Part shown: piece by piece, positions 49,151-59,196 of the stretch | How the letters are laid out: every line of letters begins with the position of its first letter | How positions within the stretch are numbered: the first letter of the stretch is position 1 | From: an uncultured Flavobacteriaceae bacterium | GTDB lineage: Bacteria; Bacteroidota; Bacteroidia; Flavobacteriales; Flavobacteriaceae | Direction of reading: 5' to 3' | DNA length: 64,000 nt | Assembly (NCBI GenBank): GCA_964008075.1 | Contig: CAXGAP010000001.1 | Coordinates: forward strand, 12,106 to 76,105 | Position numbers and translations under genes: made by a program | Notes under the pieces: model-generated | What the model saw: only the letters and a program-made list of their open reading frames with translations | Told to the model about the DNA's origin: nothing | The model's database searches: none

Positions 49151-49887
49151 GATCCCTACCTGATATTGTAAAACAACTGATTATAATCAATGTTTTGTTT
49201 TTCTTGGGTTCTATGAGCCTGGGAAATACAGCATATGATTTACTCGCTTTGCATTATCCACAAAACCCAAAGTTTGTGCCATGGCAAGTTGTAACCCATA
49301 TGTTTATGCATGGAAGCATAAACCATATCCTTTTCAATATGTTTGGACTCTGGATGTTTGGGGGTACGTTGGCCCAAATGTGGGGTAGGAATAAGTTTCT
49401 GTTTTTTTATTTGTCAACTGGTCTTGGGGCAGCAGCACTTCAACTGGGAATCAATTATTTTCAAATTAGCACAGTAGTGGGGCAACTCGTGGAAGCAGGT
49501 TATTCTGCAACTGCTTTTACAGAGACATTGCAATCTGGACAGTATAATACAGCGTGGTTGAATGTTATTTCCCAAACTGAACTCAATCAACTTTTAACGT
49601 CATTTAATATGTCAATGGTTGGTGCTTCGGGGGCGTTATATGGAATACTTGTGGCCTTTGCCTTCTTGTTCCCCAACACAGAACTGATGATTATTTTTCT
49701 TCCCATACCGATCAAAGCAAAATATTTTGTTCCCATTCTTCTCGCAAGTGATCTCTTTTTTGGTTTTAGCTCCTATTCACTTGGTCCAATCGCTCATTTT
49801 GCCCATCTTGGTGGTGCTGTAACTGGGTTCATTATGATGTGGTATTGGAAAAAACAACAGTTCAATAACAATCGTTGGGACTTATGA
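49147..49887 (+). CDS. rhomboid-family intramembrane serine protease (copy 1)
   Basis: 246-aa ORF with HMFMHGS, catalytic GASGALYG and AHLGGA. Confidence 0.82.
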   Translation: MRSLPDIVKQLIIINVLFFLGSMSLGNTAYDLLALHYPQNPKFVPWQVVTHMFMHGSINHILFNMFGLWMFGGTLAQMWGRNKFLFFYLSTGLGAAALQLGINYFQISTVVGQLVEAGYSATAFTETLQSGQYNTAWLNVISQTELNQLLTSFNMSMVGASGALYGILVAFAFLFPNTELMIIFLPIPIKAKYFVPILLASDLFFGFSSYSLGPIAHFAHLGGAVTGFIMMWYWKKQQFNNNRWDL

Positions 49888-50750
49888 ATTTCTTTGATCA
49901 AATGAAATATCGATACCAGACCTTTGGCGTGGTCGAGCGACTGATTGTCACCTTGGTTGCATGTTTTATTTTGCCTTTTCTGCTTCGAACTGTTTTTTAT
50001 CTGTTTTCTGCTCCTTTCGATCAGTATTTCACTTGGTTTCAACTCTCCTCCAACTTCAATGATTTACTTTTTCGACCTTGGACTCTGATAAGCTATGCTT
50101 TTTTCCATGGTGATTTTGGACACATATTATGGAATATGATTATCCTCCATTTTGCAGGTCGAATGATGGTTAATCTGTTTAAATCCAATCTCTTTATTAA
50201 TACTTTTTTTTTAGGGGTTTTGATTGGTGGAATAACGTTTGTTTTAAGCTATAATCTTTTCCCTGCTTTTCAAGGCCAATCACCTCGATTGATTGGGTCA
50301 TCAGCTGGGGTGATGACTGTACTTATTTTCATGTGTAGTTATATGCCATATAAAGATGTCAGGATATTGGTATTCAATATCAAATTGATTTATATTGGAT
50401 TGTTTTTTGTTGTGTTTGATTTGATTCAAATTCCTGTCAGTAACGCTGGTGGTCACCTTGCACATTTGGGTGGTGCGATGACTGGCTATATCTATCAAAG
50501 AAATATATCACGAGGGAACGATATTGGGCAATGGATTTCAAATATTGTCTCATATTTTTCATCATTATTTTCTTTCAAAAAGACCAAGGTTCGCAAAGTA
50601 TATACCTCAATAAAACCCAAACCTAAACAAAATAAATCGGAAGTCGATCAAGCAAAAATTGACGCAATCCTTGATAAAATCAGTCAGTCAGGATATGCAA
50701 GCTTGACAAAGGAGGAAAAAGAACTATTGTTTCGGGCGGGTAAATCTTAG
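49875..50750 (+). CDS. rhomboid-family intramembrane serine protease (copy 2, with soluble C-terminal tail)
   Basis: 291-aa ORF with FFHGDFGH, GSSAGVM and AHLGGAM, plus a roughly 90-aa non-membrane tail. Confidence 0.8.
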   Translation: MGLMNFFDQMKYRYQTFGVVERLIVTLVACFILPFLLRTVFYLFSAPFDQYFTWFQLSSNFNDLLFRPWTLISYAFFHGDFGHILWNMIILHFAGRMMVNLFKSNLFINTFFLGVLIGGITFVLSYNLFPAFQGQSPRLIGSSAGVMTVLIFMCSYMPYKDVRILVFNIKLIYIGLFFVVFDLIQIPVSNAGGHLAHLGGAMTGYIYQRNISRGNDIGQWISNIVSYFSSLFSFKKTKVRKVYTSIKPKPKQNKSEVDQAKIDAILDKISQSGYASLTKEEKELLFRAGKS

Positions 50751-51289
50751 TCTGTAAACTGGAATAAGCTAAACACACAATTCCCATATTTCCTTGTTTC
50801 TTTGTGTGCCTGGTCCGAGCTGAAATCAATTTTCTCTGTATGCTCAAAAATAAACCAACCATCTGAACGTAGGAGTTTTCGTGTTTCAATGATTGCTTTG
50901 ATCGTTTCAAATTCTTCTATGCCATTGTCATAAGGTGGGTCTGCAAAGATGACGTTAAAATCATTTACACACTTACTCAGATAACTCTTTGCTGTCATGC
51001 GAATGGATCGAATGGGAAGGTCTAAATCCTTAGCTGTATTTTCAACAAACAATACACACGCTAGGTTTGCATCAACTGACGTCACAGATGGGCACCCCCT
51101 TGAACAAAACTCAAACCCTATGGCCCCTGTTCCGCTGTAAAGATCTAAAACGTGAGTTGATTCAAAATCAATTTTATGATTGAGTATGCTAAAGAGTGCC
51201 TCCTTTGCACGATCTGTCGTCGGCCGAACAGGAAGTTTTTTTGGGATTCTTATTCTTCTACCCTTATGATGGCCAGCTATAATTCGCAT
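50747..51289 (-). CDS. rsmD: 16S rRNA (guanine966-N2)-methyltransferase
   Basis: 180-aa ORF with RIIAGHHKGRRI and the DPPY motif (FADPPYD). Confidence 0.88.
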   Translation of the reverse strand: MRIIAGHHKGRRIRIPKKLPVRPTTDRAKEALFSILNHKIDFESTHVLDLYSGTGAIGFEFCSRGCPSVTSVDANLACVLFVENTAKDLDLPIRSIRMTAKSYLSKCVNDFNVIFADPPYDNGIEEFETIKAIIETRKLLRSDGWFIFEHTEKIDFSSDQAHKETRKYGNCVFSLFQFTD

Positions 51290-52113
51290 GTTGAAAGCTC
51301 AGTCAATAAAGTATGGGCATGAGGATGTAATAGAGTTGAACTCAATTTGTTCGAACTGTTTGATGGGGTGAAGAAGCTGGCTTTATGGATGTATTTTGAC
51401 AACAATTGATGAGTCTTATCACCAGCTTTAATTTGGCCACTCATCAATAGGGTTGTTTGATCTAGAGCAAGAGAGTTTTTTTTGGCAACTGCTATCGTGT
51501 AATACAGTATATCTTTTTCATCAGTCCAATTGAAGGCATTGTAAAATTGGAGTTTCCCTTTTACAAATAAAAAATAATATGCCAAATCATACTGTATATG
51601 AACAAACCACAAGGGGTGGGTATTTTCAGTATTTTCTTTTGATAAAATCTCGAGCAATAAGCTGCTGCAGTGCACATAAGAAAACTTCCCAAATGATTCG
51701 AGAAGCATATTGTTTACATTCACGTAGGGTATGTAAACATTCACAATTTGGGTCGATGAAATGTCATCAAACGACACATAGTCTTGTATTCTGATATCTG
51801 TATGATTTTTGAGGTATGTTGCTTTTTTGTTTTTGTTAAAAAGGGGCAGAGGGACAAAAGACGATAGGATGTTGACAAAACACACACGAACATCTGAAAA
51901 CGATTGCTCAACTATTTTCTTTTCGTTGAGGTATTTGTGTACAAAGTGATGCAACTCTTCTTCGGAAGAATGATCGACGAAATCATGGGACGAAAAATCA
52001 ACAATAGTTTTGTTGTCGGCGTCAGATATTAAATAGGAAAGTCCATTCCGATTGATTAGAATGGACAGTCTATTTTGTTTGTCAGAATATGTATTATTGT
52101 TCTGCTGAGTCAT
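51277..52113 (-). CDS. DUF3822-type protein (function unknown)
   Basis: 278-aa ORF overlapping the rsmD start. The pairing with rsmD is typical of Bacteroidota as far as I recall. Confidence 0.55.
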   Translation of the reverse strand: MTQQNNNTYSDKQNRLSILINRNGLSYLISDADNKTIVDFSSHDFVDHSSEEELHHFVHKYLNEKKIVEQSFSDVRVCFVNILSSFVPLPLFNKNKKATYLKNHTDIRIQDYVSFDDISSTQIVNVYIPYVNVNNMLLESFGKFSYVHCSSLLLEILSKENTENTHPLWFVHIQYDLAYYFLFVKGKLQFYNAFNWTDEKDILYYTIAVAKKNSLALDQTTLLMSGQIKAGDKTHQLLSKYIHKASFFTPSNSSNKLSSTLLHPHAHTLLTELSTCEL

Positions 52114-52744
52114 AGGTTGTTGGCCAGTTTCCGCTTGTACTAACTTCGGTTAAGGAACCAAGCGTAATTTCAGGGCCATTCACACCATCAACGGACATAA
52201 CTTCCTTTTCAAGAGAAACCAAATATTTGTCTTGATCGTGAAGAATAATGTCTTTACTTACTTTGACTTCAAAAACTGGTAGGCGATAACCATTGTTGTT
52301 CAGTATATCAGTTTTTAAACTAAAGCGTTTGTCTTCTTGACCTTTAATAGGGATATACATCATATTTTTATAACGTTCTGAATCTCCAAATAAGGAATCT
52401 TTCACAGAAGCAAAGCCTAAGGTGTCAATTACAATTACTTCGCGAAGCATGTCGATACGATAGACTCTGTCAAACTCCAAGTAGCTGGAGTCTCTTTTTT
52501 GGGTGAGTGTGTACTGAGCAGTGTTTACGAAAGCGACAAGGCTATCTAGGTTATCGCTATAATAACCCAATACATCCTTATGGGCTGCTTGCGCATTTCC
52601 AATATCTTTAAGTTTTGAAATGACTTTCGCGTACCTTTCAGTTTTGATTTTGTTGAATGATATGGGGCCGTTTATGGAGTCATAAATTTTATAAGCGAAA
52701 AAGACACATAAAACCCAGAGTAATGCTTGTATACCGGTTTTCAT
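52094..52744 (-). CDS. membrane-anchored hypothetical protein
   Basis: Start trimmed to MKTGIQALLWVLCVFFAY (N-terminal TM). No recognisable motif. Confidence 0.45.
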   Translation of the reverse strand: MKTGIQALLWVLCVFFAYKIYDSINGPISFNKIKTERYAKVISKLKDIGNAQAAHKDVLGYYSDNLDSLVAFVNTAQYTLTQKRDSSYLEFDRVYRIDMLREVIVIDTLGFASVKDSLFGDSERYKNMMYIPIKGQEDKRFSLKTDILNNNGYRLPVFEVKVSKDIILHDQDKYLVSLEKEVMSVDGVNGPEITLGSLTEVSTSGNWPTTYDSAEQ

Positions 52745-52832
52745 GATTATGAATTTGAATGCAAACAAATCTACAATTTTTTTTGAATAGACACACCAGA
52801 AAAGAACTTACATTTACAGCTCACACAAACCT

Positions 52833-54248
52833 ATGATTATCCAACAGAATATTTTAAACGAATTTCCTTTTAAGCCAACGCACGACCAAATCGATGCAAT
52901 TCATCGGTTTTCTGATTTTATAAACGACAACACATTCAACAAAATATTTTTACTGAAAGGCTATGCAGGGACTGGAAAAACAACGCTGATCGCATCTTTG
53001 CTGAAGCCCCTACATAGGACAGGGTATAAGGCAGTTTTGATGGCACCAACTGGCAGGGCTGCAAAGGTGATGTCGACTTATGCCAAAACCAAAGCAGTTA
53101 CCATTCATAAAAGAATCTATTTTGCGCAGCAAGGTAAGCAAGGAGGGATTCGGTTTAAACTTCAGAAAAATAAGTTTAAAAAAGCTATATTTATAGTCGA
53201 TGAAGCCTCAATGATCGCAGATGAAGAATCTTCATCCAAAATCTTTCAAAATGGATCACTACTTCAAGACCTTATTCAATACGTACATGAAGGGTTTCAA
53301 TGCAAGCTTGTTTTTGTAGGAGACACGGCTCAGTTACCGCCTGTCAAACATGAGATTAGCCCTGCCTTAAATCAAGATTATTTGTCATCATATTTTTCAG
53401 TAGATGTTGTTGAAGCTCAACTGTCTGAGGTTCTTCGGCAAAATGCGATTTCTGCAATACTGTTCAATGCAACAAATCTGAGAAAACTGATGAATAACGC
53501 TACTATTGATCCATTTCAATTTAGCATTAATGGCAAAACCGATATTACTCATTTGCAAGATGGGTATGACATTCAGGGCGCATTGGAAAATGGATATAAG
53601 GATGTTGGGCGAACAGAAACTACAATCATTGTACGTTCAAACAAGAGAGCTAATTTGTATAATCGTCAAATTCGAACGCAAATTATGAGCTTGGAAAATG
53701 ACTTGGCAGTTGGTGACCTTTTGTTGGTGGTGAAAAACAATTATTTCTGGCTCTCTACTGAAAGTCAAGCAGGGTTTATCGCCAATGGTGATGTGATAGA
53801 GGTGATAAGAATCCTATCTTTTCAGGAGCTTTACGGATTTCGATTTGCAAGGGTTCATGTGCAGTTGGTCGATTATCCTGATCAAGATTCTTTCGACACT
53901 GTTTTAATTTTAGATGCTTTGGATGCCGAAGGTCATGCGTTGACCTATGAGCAGTCAAATGAGTTGTATTATAAGGTGCGACAAGACTATGCACATATGC
54001 CAAAATATAAGCAATACACTGAGGTAAAGAAAAATCCTTTTTTCAATGCTCTGCAAGTTAAATTTGCTTACGCTTTAACCTGTCACAAAGCGCAGGGTGG
54101 GCAATGGAAACGTGTTTTTATCGAAAAGCCATATCTCCCAGAAGGACCCTCTTTAGACTATTATCGTTGGTTGTACACAGCAATCACAAGGGCTTCTGAA
54201 CAACTATTTCTGATTGGTTACAATGAAGATGACTTTATCAACGATTGA
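52833..54248 (+). CDS. RecD-like superfamily-1 DNA helicase
   Basis: 471-aa ORF with Walker A GYAGTGKTT, Walker B FIVDEASM and a C-terminal AYALTCHKAQGGQW (UvrD_C_2-like). Confidence 0.8.
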   Translation: MIIQQNILNEFPFKPTHDQIDAIHRFSDFINDNTFNKIFLLKGYAGTGKTTLIASLLKPLHRTGYKAVLMAPTGRAAKVMSTYAKTKAVTIHKRIYFAQQGKQGGIRFKLQKNKFKKAIFIVDEASMIADEESSSKIFQNGSLLQDLIQYVHEGFQCKLVFVGDTAQLPPVKHEISPALNQDYLSSYFSVDVVEAQLSEVLRQNAISAILFNATNLRKLMNNATIDPFQFSINGKTDITHLQDGYDIQGALENGYKDVGRTETTIIVRSNKRANLYNRQIRTQIMSLENDLAVGDLLLVVKNNYFWLSTESQAGFIANGDVIEVIRILSFQELYGFRFARVHVQLVDYPDQDSFDTVLILDALDAEGHALTYEQSNELYYKVRQDYAHMPKYKQYTEVKKNPFFNALQVKFAYALTCHKAQGGQWKRVFIEKPYLPEGPSLDYYRWLYTAITRASEQLFLIGYNEDDFIND

Positions 54249-54267
54249 TTTATCGTAGTTTTGTGGT

Positions 54268-54990
54268 ATGAAAATTATTGCTGCCATTCCTGCACGATAC
54301 GATGCCAGACGATTTCCTGGAAAACTCTTGGCCGATTTGTGTGGCAAGCCTGTGATTCAGCACACCTATGAAAAGGTGGATCAGTCTGGTCTATTTGATC
54401 GTGTCATAATTGTAACTGATAGCAACGAGATTGCTTCTGTTGCCACTGGCTTTGGGGGTGATGTGATTCGCAGTCAAAAAGAGCATGACTGTGGTAGTGA
54501 TCGCATTGCTGAGGCAGTTGTTGACCTCGATGTTGACATCGTAATCAATGTGCAAGGTGATGAGCCATTTATTCTTCCAGAGGGGTTATCGTCTTTAATT
54601 GAGATTTTTAAATCGGATCAAAATAAAGATATTGATCTGGCGTCATTGATGATTCCAATCACGGAAGAGATAAACAATCCCAATGTTGTAAAGGTCGTCA
54701 CAGACTTGAGCAATCGTGCGTTGTACTTTTCACGATCTGCCATTCCTCACCAACGCAATCAGGAAAATCATGCGACTGTCTATAAGCACGTTGGGGTGTA
54801 TGCATTTCGTAAAAATGCACTTATCGATTTTTATCAGCATGACGCAACTCCCCTAGAAGAGGCTGAAAAAATTGAAGCCATTCGCTACTTGGAAATGGGA
54901 AAAACAATTCAAATGGTTGAAACTCAATTTGAGGGTGTGGGAATCGATACTGCTGAAGACCTCGAACGTGCAAAAAAACTAATGATCTAA
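54268..54990 (+). CDS. kdsB: 3-deoxy-manno-octulosonate cytidylyltransferase
   Basis: 240-aa ORF with IPARYDARRFPGK and NVQGDEP motifs. Confidence 0.92.
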   Translation: MKIIAAIPARYDARRFPGKLLADLCGKPVIQHTYEKVDQSGLFDRVIIVTDSNEIASVATGFGGDVIRSQKEHDCGSDRIAEAVVDLDVDIVINVQGDEPFILPEGLSSLIEIFKSDQNKDIDLASLMIPITEEINNPNVVKVVTDLSNRALYFSRSAIPHQRNQENHATVYKHVGVYAFRKNALIDFYQHDATPLEEAEKIEAIRYLEMGKTIQMVETQFEGVGIDTAEDLERAKKLMI

Positions 54991-55694
54991 ACCATGGTGT
55001 GATATACATTTTGAACATCATCATCACCTTCAATTTTCTCGAGTAATTTTTCCACTTCCTCCACCTGCTCTGGAGACATTGTTTTGGTTGTTTTGGGGAT
55101 GCGTTCAAAGCCTGAAGATAGTATGTGAATATTTCGTTGTTCAAGTTCCTTTTGAATGGCACCAAAATTTTCAAAAGAGGCGTAAAGCATAATCCCATCA
55201 TCATCGACAAAAACTTCATCAACGCCATGGTCGATAAACTCTAGTTCAAGCTCCTCGACATCTAAACCCTCAGGAGAAATTCGAAAGTTGCAGGTGTGGT
55301 CAAACATAAATTCAACAGACCCAGAAGTACCTAAATTTCCATTACACTTATTAAAATAACTGCGAATATTGGCAACAGTTCTGTTGTTGTTATCTGTCGC
55401 AGTTTCAACTAAAATTGCAATCCCATTTGGCCCATAACCTTCAAAAAGTACTTCTTTGTAGTTTTCAGTGCTTTTATCAGATGCACGTTTGATTGCACGC
55501 TCAATATTGTCTTTTGGCATATTGGCAGCCTTGGCGTTTTGAATCAATGCTCGAAGGCGTGAGTTCGTTTTTGGATTGGGCCCACCATCTCTAACAGACA
55601 TCACAATGTCTTTTCCAATGCGCGTGAAAGTTTTGGCAATTGCCGACCAACGCTTCATTTTTCTTGTTTTGCGAAACTCAAACGCTCTTCCCAT
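54987..55694 (-). CDS. YebC/PmpR-family transcriptional regulator
   Basis: Start trimmed from 55721 to MGRAFEFRKTRKMKRW. Typical YebC three-domain sequence. Confidence 0.88.
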   Translation of the reverse strand: MGRAFEFRKTRKMKRWSAIAKTFTRIGKDIVMSVRDGGPNPKTNSRLRALIQNAKAANMPKDNIERAIKRASDKSTENYKEVLFEGYGPNGIAILVETATDNNNRTVANIRSYFNKCNGNLGTSGSVEFMFDHTCNFRISPEGLDVEELELEFIDHGVDEVFVDDDGIMLYASFENFGAIQKELEQRNIHILSSGFERIPKTTKTMSPEQVEEVEKLLEKIEGDDDVQNVYHTMV

Positions 55695-55804
55695 GACTGC
55701 AAAGATAAAAAAGGCCTGCACGTTTATACAAATACAACAACATGAGGTTTTGTGCTTATTGTTGATAAATCAATTGGCTATTCAGGCCGACTTCAATTAC
55801 AATC

Positions 55805-56629
55805 TTATTTTTTCAAGCCCTGCAAGGTGTTTTGGAGAACGTCATCACACTGAAAGCAAAGGTGTTCAGTTAGTTTGTTATGTCTTGGTAGTGCCACAAT
55901 ATAGCGATCATTATTGCTGGCATACACATGCTTATAGATGGGTTTTGTGTTGAGATGAAGACCATCAACAAGTTGAAAAATAAACTCATCATGATGGGTT
56001 AAATCTGTACTCCCCAAATGAAAAATCCCACATAAATTTCGATTGACTATATAGTGCAGTTGTTGTGTAACAAAATCATCTGTTGTGAGATTCATAACAG
56101 TATTCGGAAAAATCTCATAAGGGATTTGTTCCTCAATGGCATTTTTAAGCTCTAAAACCCTTGGTGTATTTGCGCCAAACACCATTGGTAAACGTGCAAT
56201 TGCCCAACTAAAAGGAGGCATTCGCATAACCTTGTTTTCGATTTTAATTTTAAGAAGACCATAGGAGCTTTCTGAATAGGTCTTATCGTGTTCATAACTA
56301 GGGTAATGCCAAAAACCGTCAAAGACATTGGCAGATGATAAAAAAATGAGTTTTGACTCGTGTTTGGTGCTGAAGTCTATGATTAAATCATGAGCGATAA
56401 ACTGCTCTTTAGCATCCCCCCGAAGGCATGAAATGATAATGTCTGGCTTGACTTTGCTCAAAATATTTAAAGCAGAATCATCTCGAAAGTCGTAATGATA
56501 ATATCTATTATTGCTTTCAAATTTAGTTTGGGTGCAGAAGGTGCCATAAACGTCCATATATGGATGCAGCTCTTTGAAAAGAGCACGACCCAAAAAACCA
56601 CTTCCACCGAAAATCAATACACGTTTCAT
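55805..56629 (-). CDS. NAD(P)-dependent epimerase/reductase (RmlD-like sugar-nucleotide-binding fold)
   Basis: 274-aa ORF with VLIFGGSGFLGRAL. It overlaps the gcvT stop by 4 nt. Confidence 0.65.
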   Translation of the reverse strand: MKRVLIFGGSGFLGRALFKELHPYMDVYGTFCTQTKFESNNRYYHYDFRDDSALNILSKVKPDIIISCLRGDAKEQFIAHDLIIDFSTKHESKLIFLSSANVFDGFWHYPSYEHDKTYSESSYGLLKIKIENKVMRMPPFSWAIARLPMVFGANTPRVLELKNAIEEQIPYEIFPNTVMNLTTDDFVTQQLHYIVNRNLCGIFHLGSTDLTHHDEFIFQLVDGLHLNTKPIYKHVYASNNDRYIVALPRHNKLTEHLCFQCDDVLQNTLQGLKK

Positions 56630-57699
56630 GATGCATGGTAAAAAGGAAGTGAGGTAATTGTAGCTAAAATCGATTTGTTTCGAATAACAACCTGTATGTC
56701 GTTTCCGACAACTGCATGCTGTCGATCAATATAGCCCATACCAATTCCCATTTCAAGAGATGGTGATTGCGTACCAGATGTTACTTTTCCTATATTGTTT
56801 CCATAAATATCTGTCAAAGAGTAACCTTCTCTTGGAATTCCACGTTCGTTGAGGACAAACCCAACTCTTTTAGTATTTTTACCTGTTTTCTGTTGTTCAA
56901 TGATGTCTTTGCTGATAAAATCTTTGGAAAATGAAGTGCACCAATGCAAGCCAGCAGCGATAGGAGAGGTGCTATCATCTATGTCATTTCCATACAAACA
57001 ATAACCCATTTCAATTCGAAGGGTGTTTCGAGCAGCCAAACCACATGGTTCTGCACCATTGTTGATTAGAGAATTCCAAATCTTTTCTGCATTTTCATTG
57101 GGAATGTAGAGTTCATAACCTCCAGAGCCAGTGTAGCCTGTCGCAGATATCAAGACATTGTCAATCCCTGCAACTGTGCCATATATAAAGCTGTAAAAAG
57201 GAATTTTTGTAACATTAGCTTCTGTAAGTGAAGCCAATATCGAAGTCGCTTTTGGACCTTGCAGTGCCAACAAGCTCCAATGATCAGACTGGTTTTCAAG
57301 TGTTGCTCCAAACATCTTGTTATGGGTCATCAACCAATTCCAATCTTTTTCAATATTTGCTGCATTGACAACAAACATATAACGCTGATGATCGATCCGA
57401 TAAACTAGTAAATCATCGACAATCCCTCCTTTTGTATTTGGCATATAACCATATTTCGCTTGTCCAATATCTAAACGTTCAATATCATTACTAAACACAT
57501 ATTGAATAAGAGGAACAGCTTGAGGTCCACTGATCAAAAACTCCCCCATATGAGAAACATCAAAAAGCCCAGCATGATCACGAACGGCGTGATGTTCGCG
57601 AACGACACCTGTGTATTGCACAGGCATTTCAAACCCAGCGAATGAAACCATCTTGGCTTTAAGTGCCAAATGACATGTATGAAGTGATGTTTTTCTCAT
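56626..57699 (-). CDS. gcvT: glycine cleavage system aminomethyltransferase T
   Basis: 357-aa ORF with FAGFEMPVQY and DVSHMGE motifs. Confidence 0.93.
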   Translation of the reverse strand: MRKTSLHTCHLALKAKMVSFAGFEMPVQYTGVVREHHAVRDHAGLFDVSHMGEFLISGPQAVPLIQYVFSNDIERLDIGQAKYGYMPNTKGGIVDDLLVYRIDHQRYMFVVNAANIEKDWNWLMTHNKMFGATLENQSDHWSLLALQGPKATSILASLTEANVTKIPFYSFIYGTVAGIDNVLISATGYTGSGGYELYIPNENAEKIWNSLINNGAEPCGLAARNTLRIEMGYCLYGNDIDDSTSPIAAGLHWCTSFSKDFISKDIIEQQKTGKNTKRVGFVLNERGIPREGYSLTDIYGNNIGKVTSGTQSPSLEMGIGMGYIDRQHAVVGNDIQVVIRNKSILATITSLPFYHAS

Positions 57700-57744
57700 T
57701 TGGATTTTTTCAAAAATAGTGTGATTTTGCTTATTTTGGACAAA

Positions 57745-59196
57745 ATGTTAATAATGTTTAGACTTTCAATTACATTGGTTTTTTTGACGACTTTTATTCT
57801 TCACTCGCAGCTAAAGGAACCACCAACTCTTGACCCAAGTTTTCATAAACAACGCAGGCAAATGGTACTAGATCAATTACCTCTACATAGCATTTCGGTG
57901 ATTTTTTCTGCCCCAATCCGAAACAGAACCAACGATGTCGATCACCTTTTTCATCAAAACCCAAATTTTTATTATCTCACAGGATTCCAAGAAGCACATG
58001 CAGCACTTGTTTTGCTCGGTACGCCTATGGATGTTGAAGGTTCGTCTGTGCAAGAAATTCTCTTTGTTCGTGACCAAGACCCCTACTATGCACTTTGGGA
58101 AGGAGATGTCAAAGGACCAGAGGCAACGCAAAAAGAGTATGCAATTGATAAGGTGCTGAGCAACACCAAGTTTAAGTCTTTCTTGTCTTCTATACAAGGA
58201 ATAAATAACATCAACCATTTTCCATTTTTTGATGATGTTCGTGATCACCCGAGAAATGAAAATGATCAGTTTTCACTTCTTACTGCTTTTAAAGGCTTCA
58301 TTTCTGAGCAATCGGAACTGTCGAGACTCGAAGACAATTCACTCACAATTGATCATGAGTATTTGTCAGATGTGATTGGGTCATTACGAGAAATCAAAAC
58401 AGCAAAAGAAATTGAAATACTCAAACAAGCTGTGGCAATGTCAGCTATTGGCCAAGTTGAGGTGATGAAAGCCATTCATCCAAACATATCCGAGCGTGAA
58501 TTACAAGGGATACACGAATTTATTTTCAAAAAATATGGAGCAAAGCACGTTGGCTACCCCTCGATTGTTGGGGCAGGCGTACATGGATGTGTACTTCATT
58601 ACACTGCAAACACTGCCGATCAGGTGGGCAATCAGCTTGTATTGATGGATGTGGGAGCCGAGTTTCAGAACTACACTGCAGATGTAACTCGAACCATTCC
58701 AGCCAATGGAAAATTTACCAAAGAGCAGGCTGAGATTTATAACCTTGTATTAGCAGCACAAAATGCAGGTATAAGAGCCTCGGTTGTAGGGGCTTCATTT
58801 TCTGACCCCCATCGAGTCGCTCGATCGATTATTCAACAAGGGCTGATTGATCTTGGAATTATCAAGACAGAAAAAGAAGTTCTCACCTATTTTCCTCATG
58901 GAACATCTCATTATATTGGGCTAGATGTGCATGACCCTGGTACGTATGGACCTCTTCGAGCCAACTCTGTCATCACAGTTGAACCTGGGATTTATATTCC
59001 TCCAAATAGCCCATGCGATCCAAAATGGTGGGGCATAGCCATTCGTATTGAGGACGACATATTGATTACTAACGAGGGACCCGTAAATCTATCTGCAGCT
59101 GCACCAAGAGAAATTGAAAAAATCGAGGCAGTCACCGCACAAAGCAGTCCTCTAGATCAGTTTGTATTACCATCTTTAGAAAGCGTTGTCGATTAA
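57745..59196 (+). CDS. Xaa-Pro aminopeptidase (M24B family) with signal peptide
   Basis: M24 metal-ligand blocks DVGAEFQNYTADVTRT, HGTSHYIGLDVHD, EPGIYI and IRIEDD. Start is ATG 57745 or 57754 rather than TTG 57700. Confidence 0.85.
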   Translation: MLIMFRLSITLVFLTTFILHSQLKEPPTLDPSFHKQRRQMVLDQLPLHSISVIFSAPIRNRTNDVDHLFHQNPNFYYLTGFQEAHAALVLLGTPMDVEGSSVQEILFVRDQDPYYALWEGDVKGPEATQKEYAIDKVLSNTKFKSFLSSIQGINNINHFPFFDDVRDHPRNENDQFSLLTAFKGFISEQSELSRLEDNSLTIDHEYLSDVIGSLREIKTAKEIEILKQAVAMSAIGQVEVMKAIHPNISERELQGIHEFIFKKYGAKHVGYPSIVGAGVHGCVLHYTANTADQVGNQLVLMDVGAEFQNYTADVTRTIPANGKFTKEQAEIYNLVLAAQNAGIRASVVGASFSDPHRVARSIIQQGLIDLGIIKTEKEVLTYFPHGTSHYIGLDVHDPGTYGPLRANSVITVEPGIYIPPNSPCDPKWWGIAIRIEDDILITNEGPVNLSAAAPREIEKIEAVTAQSSPLDQFVLPSLESVVD

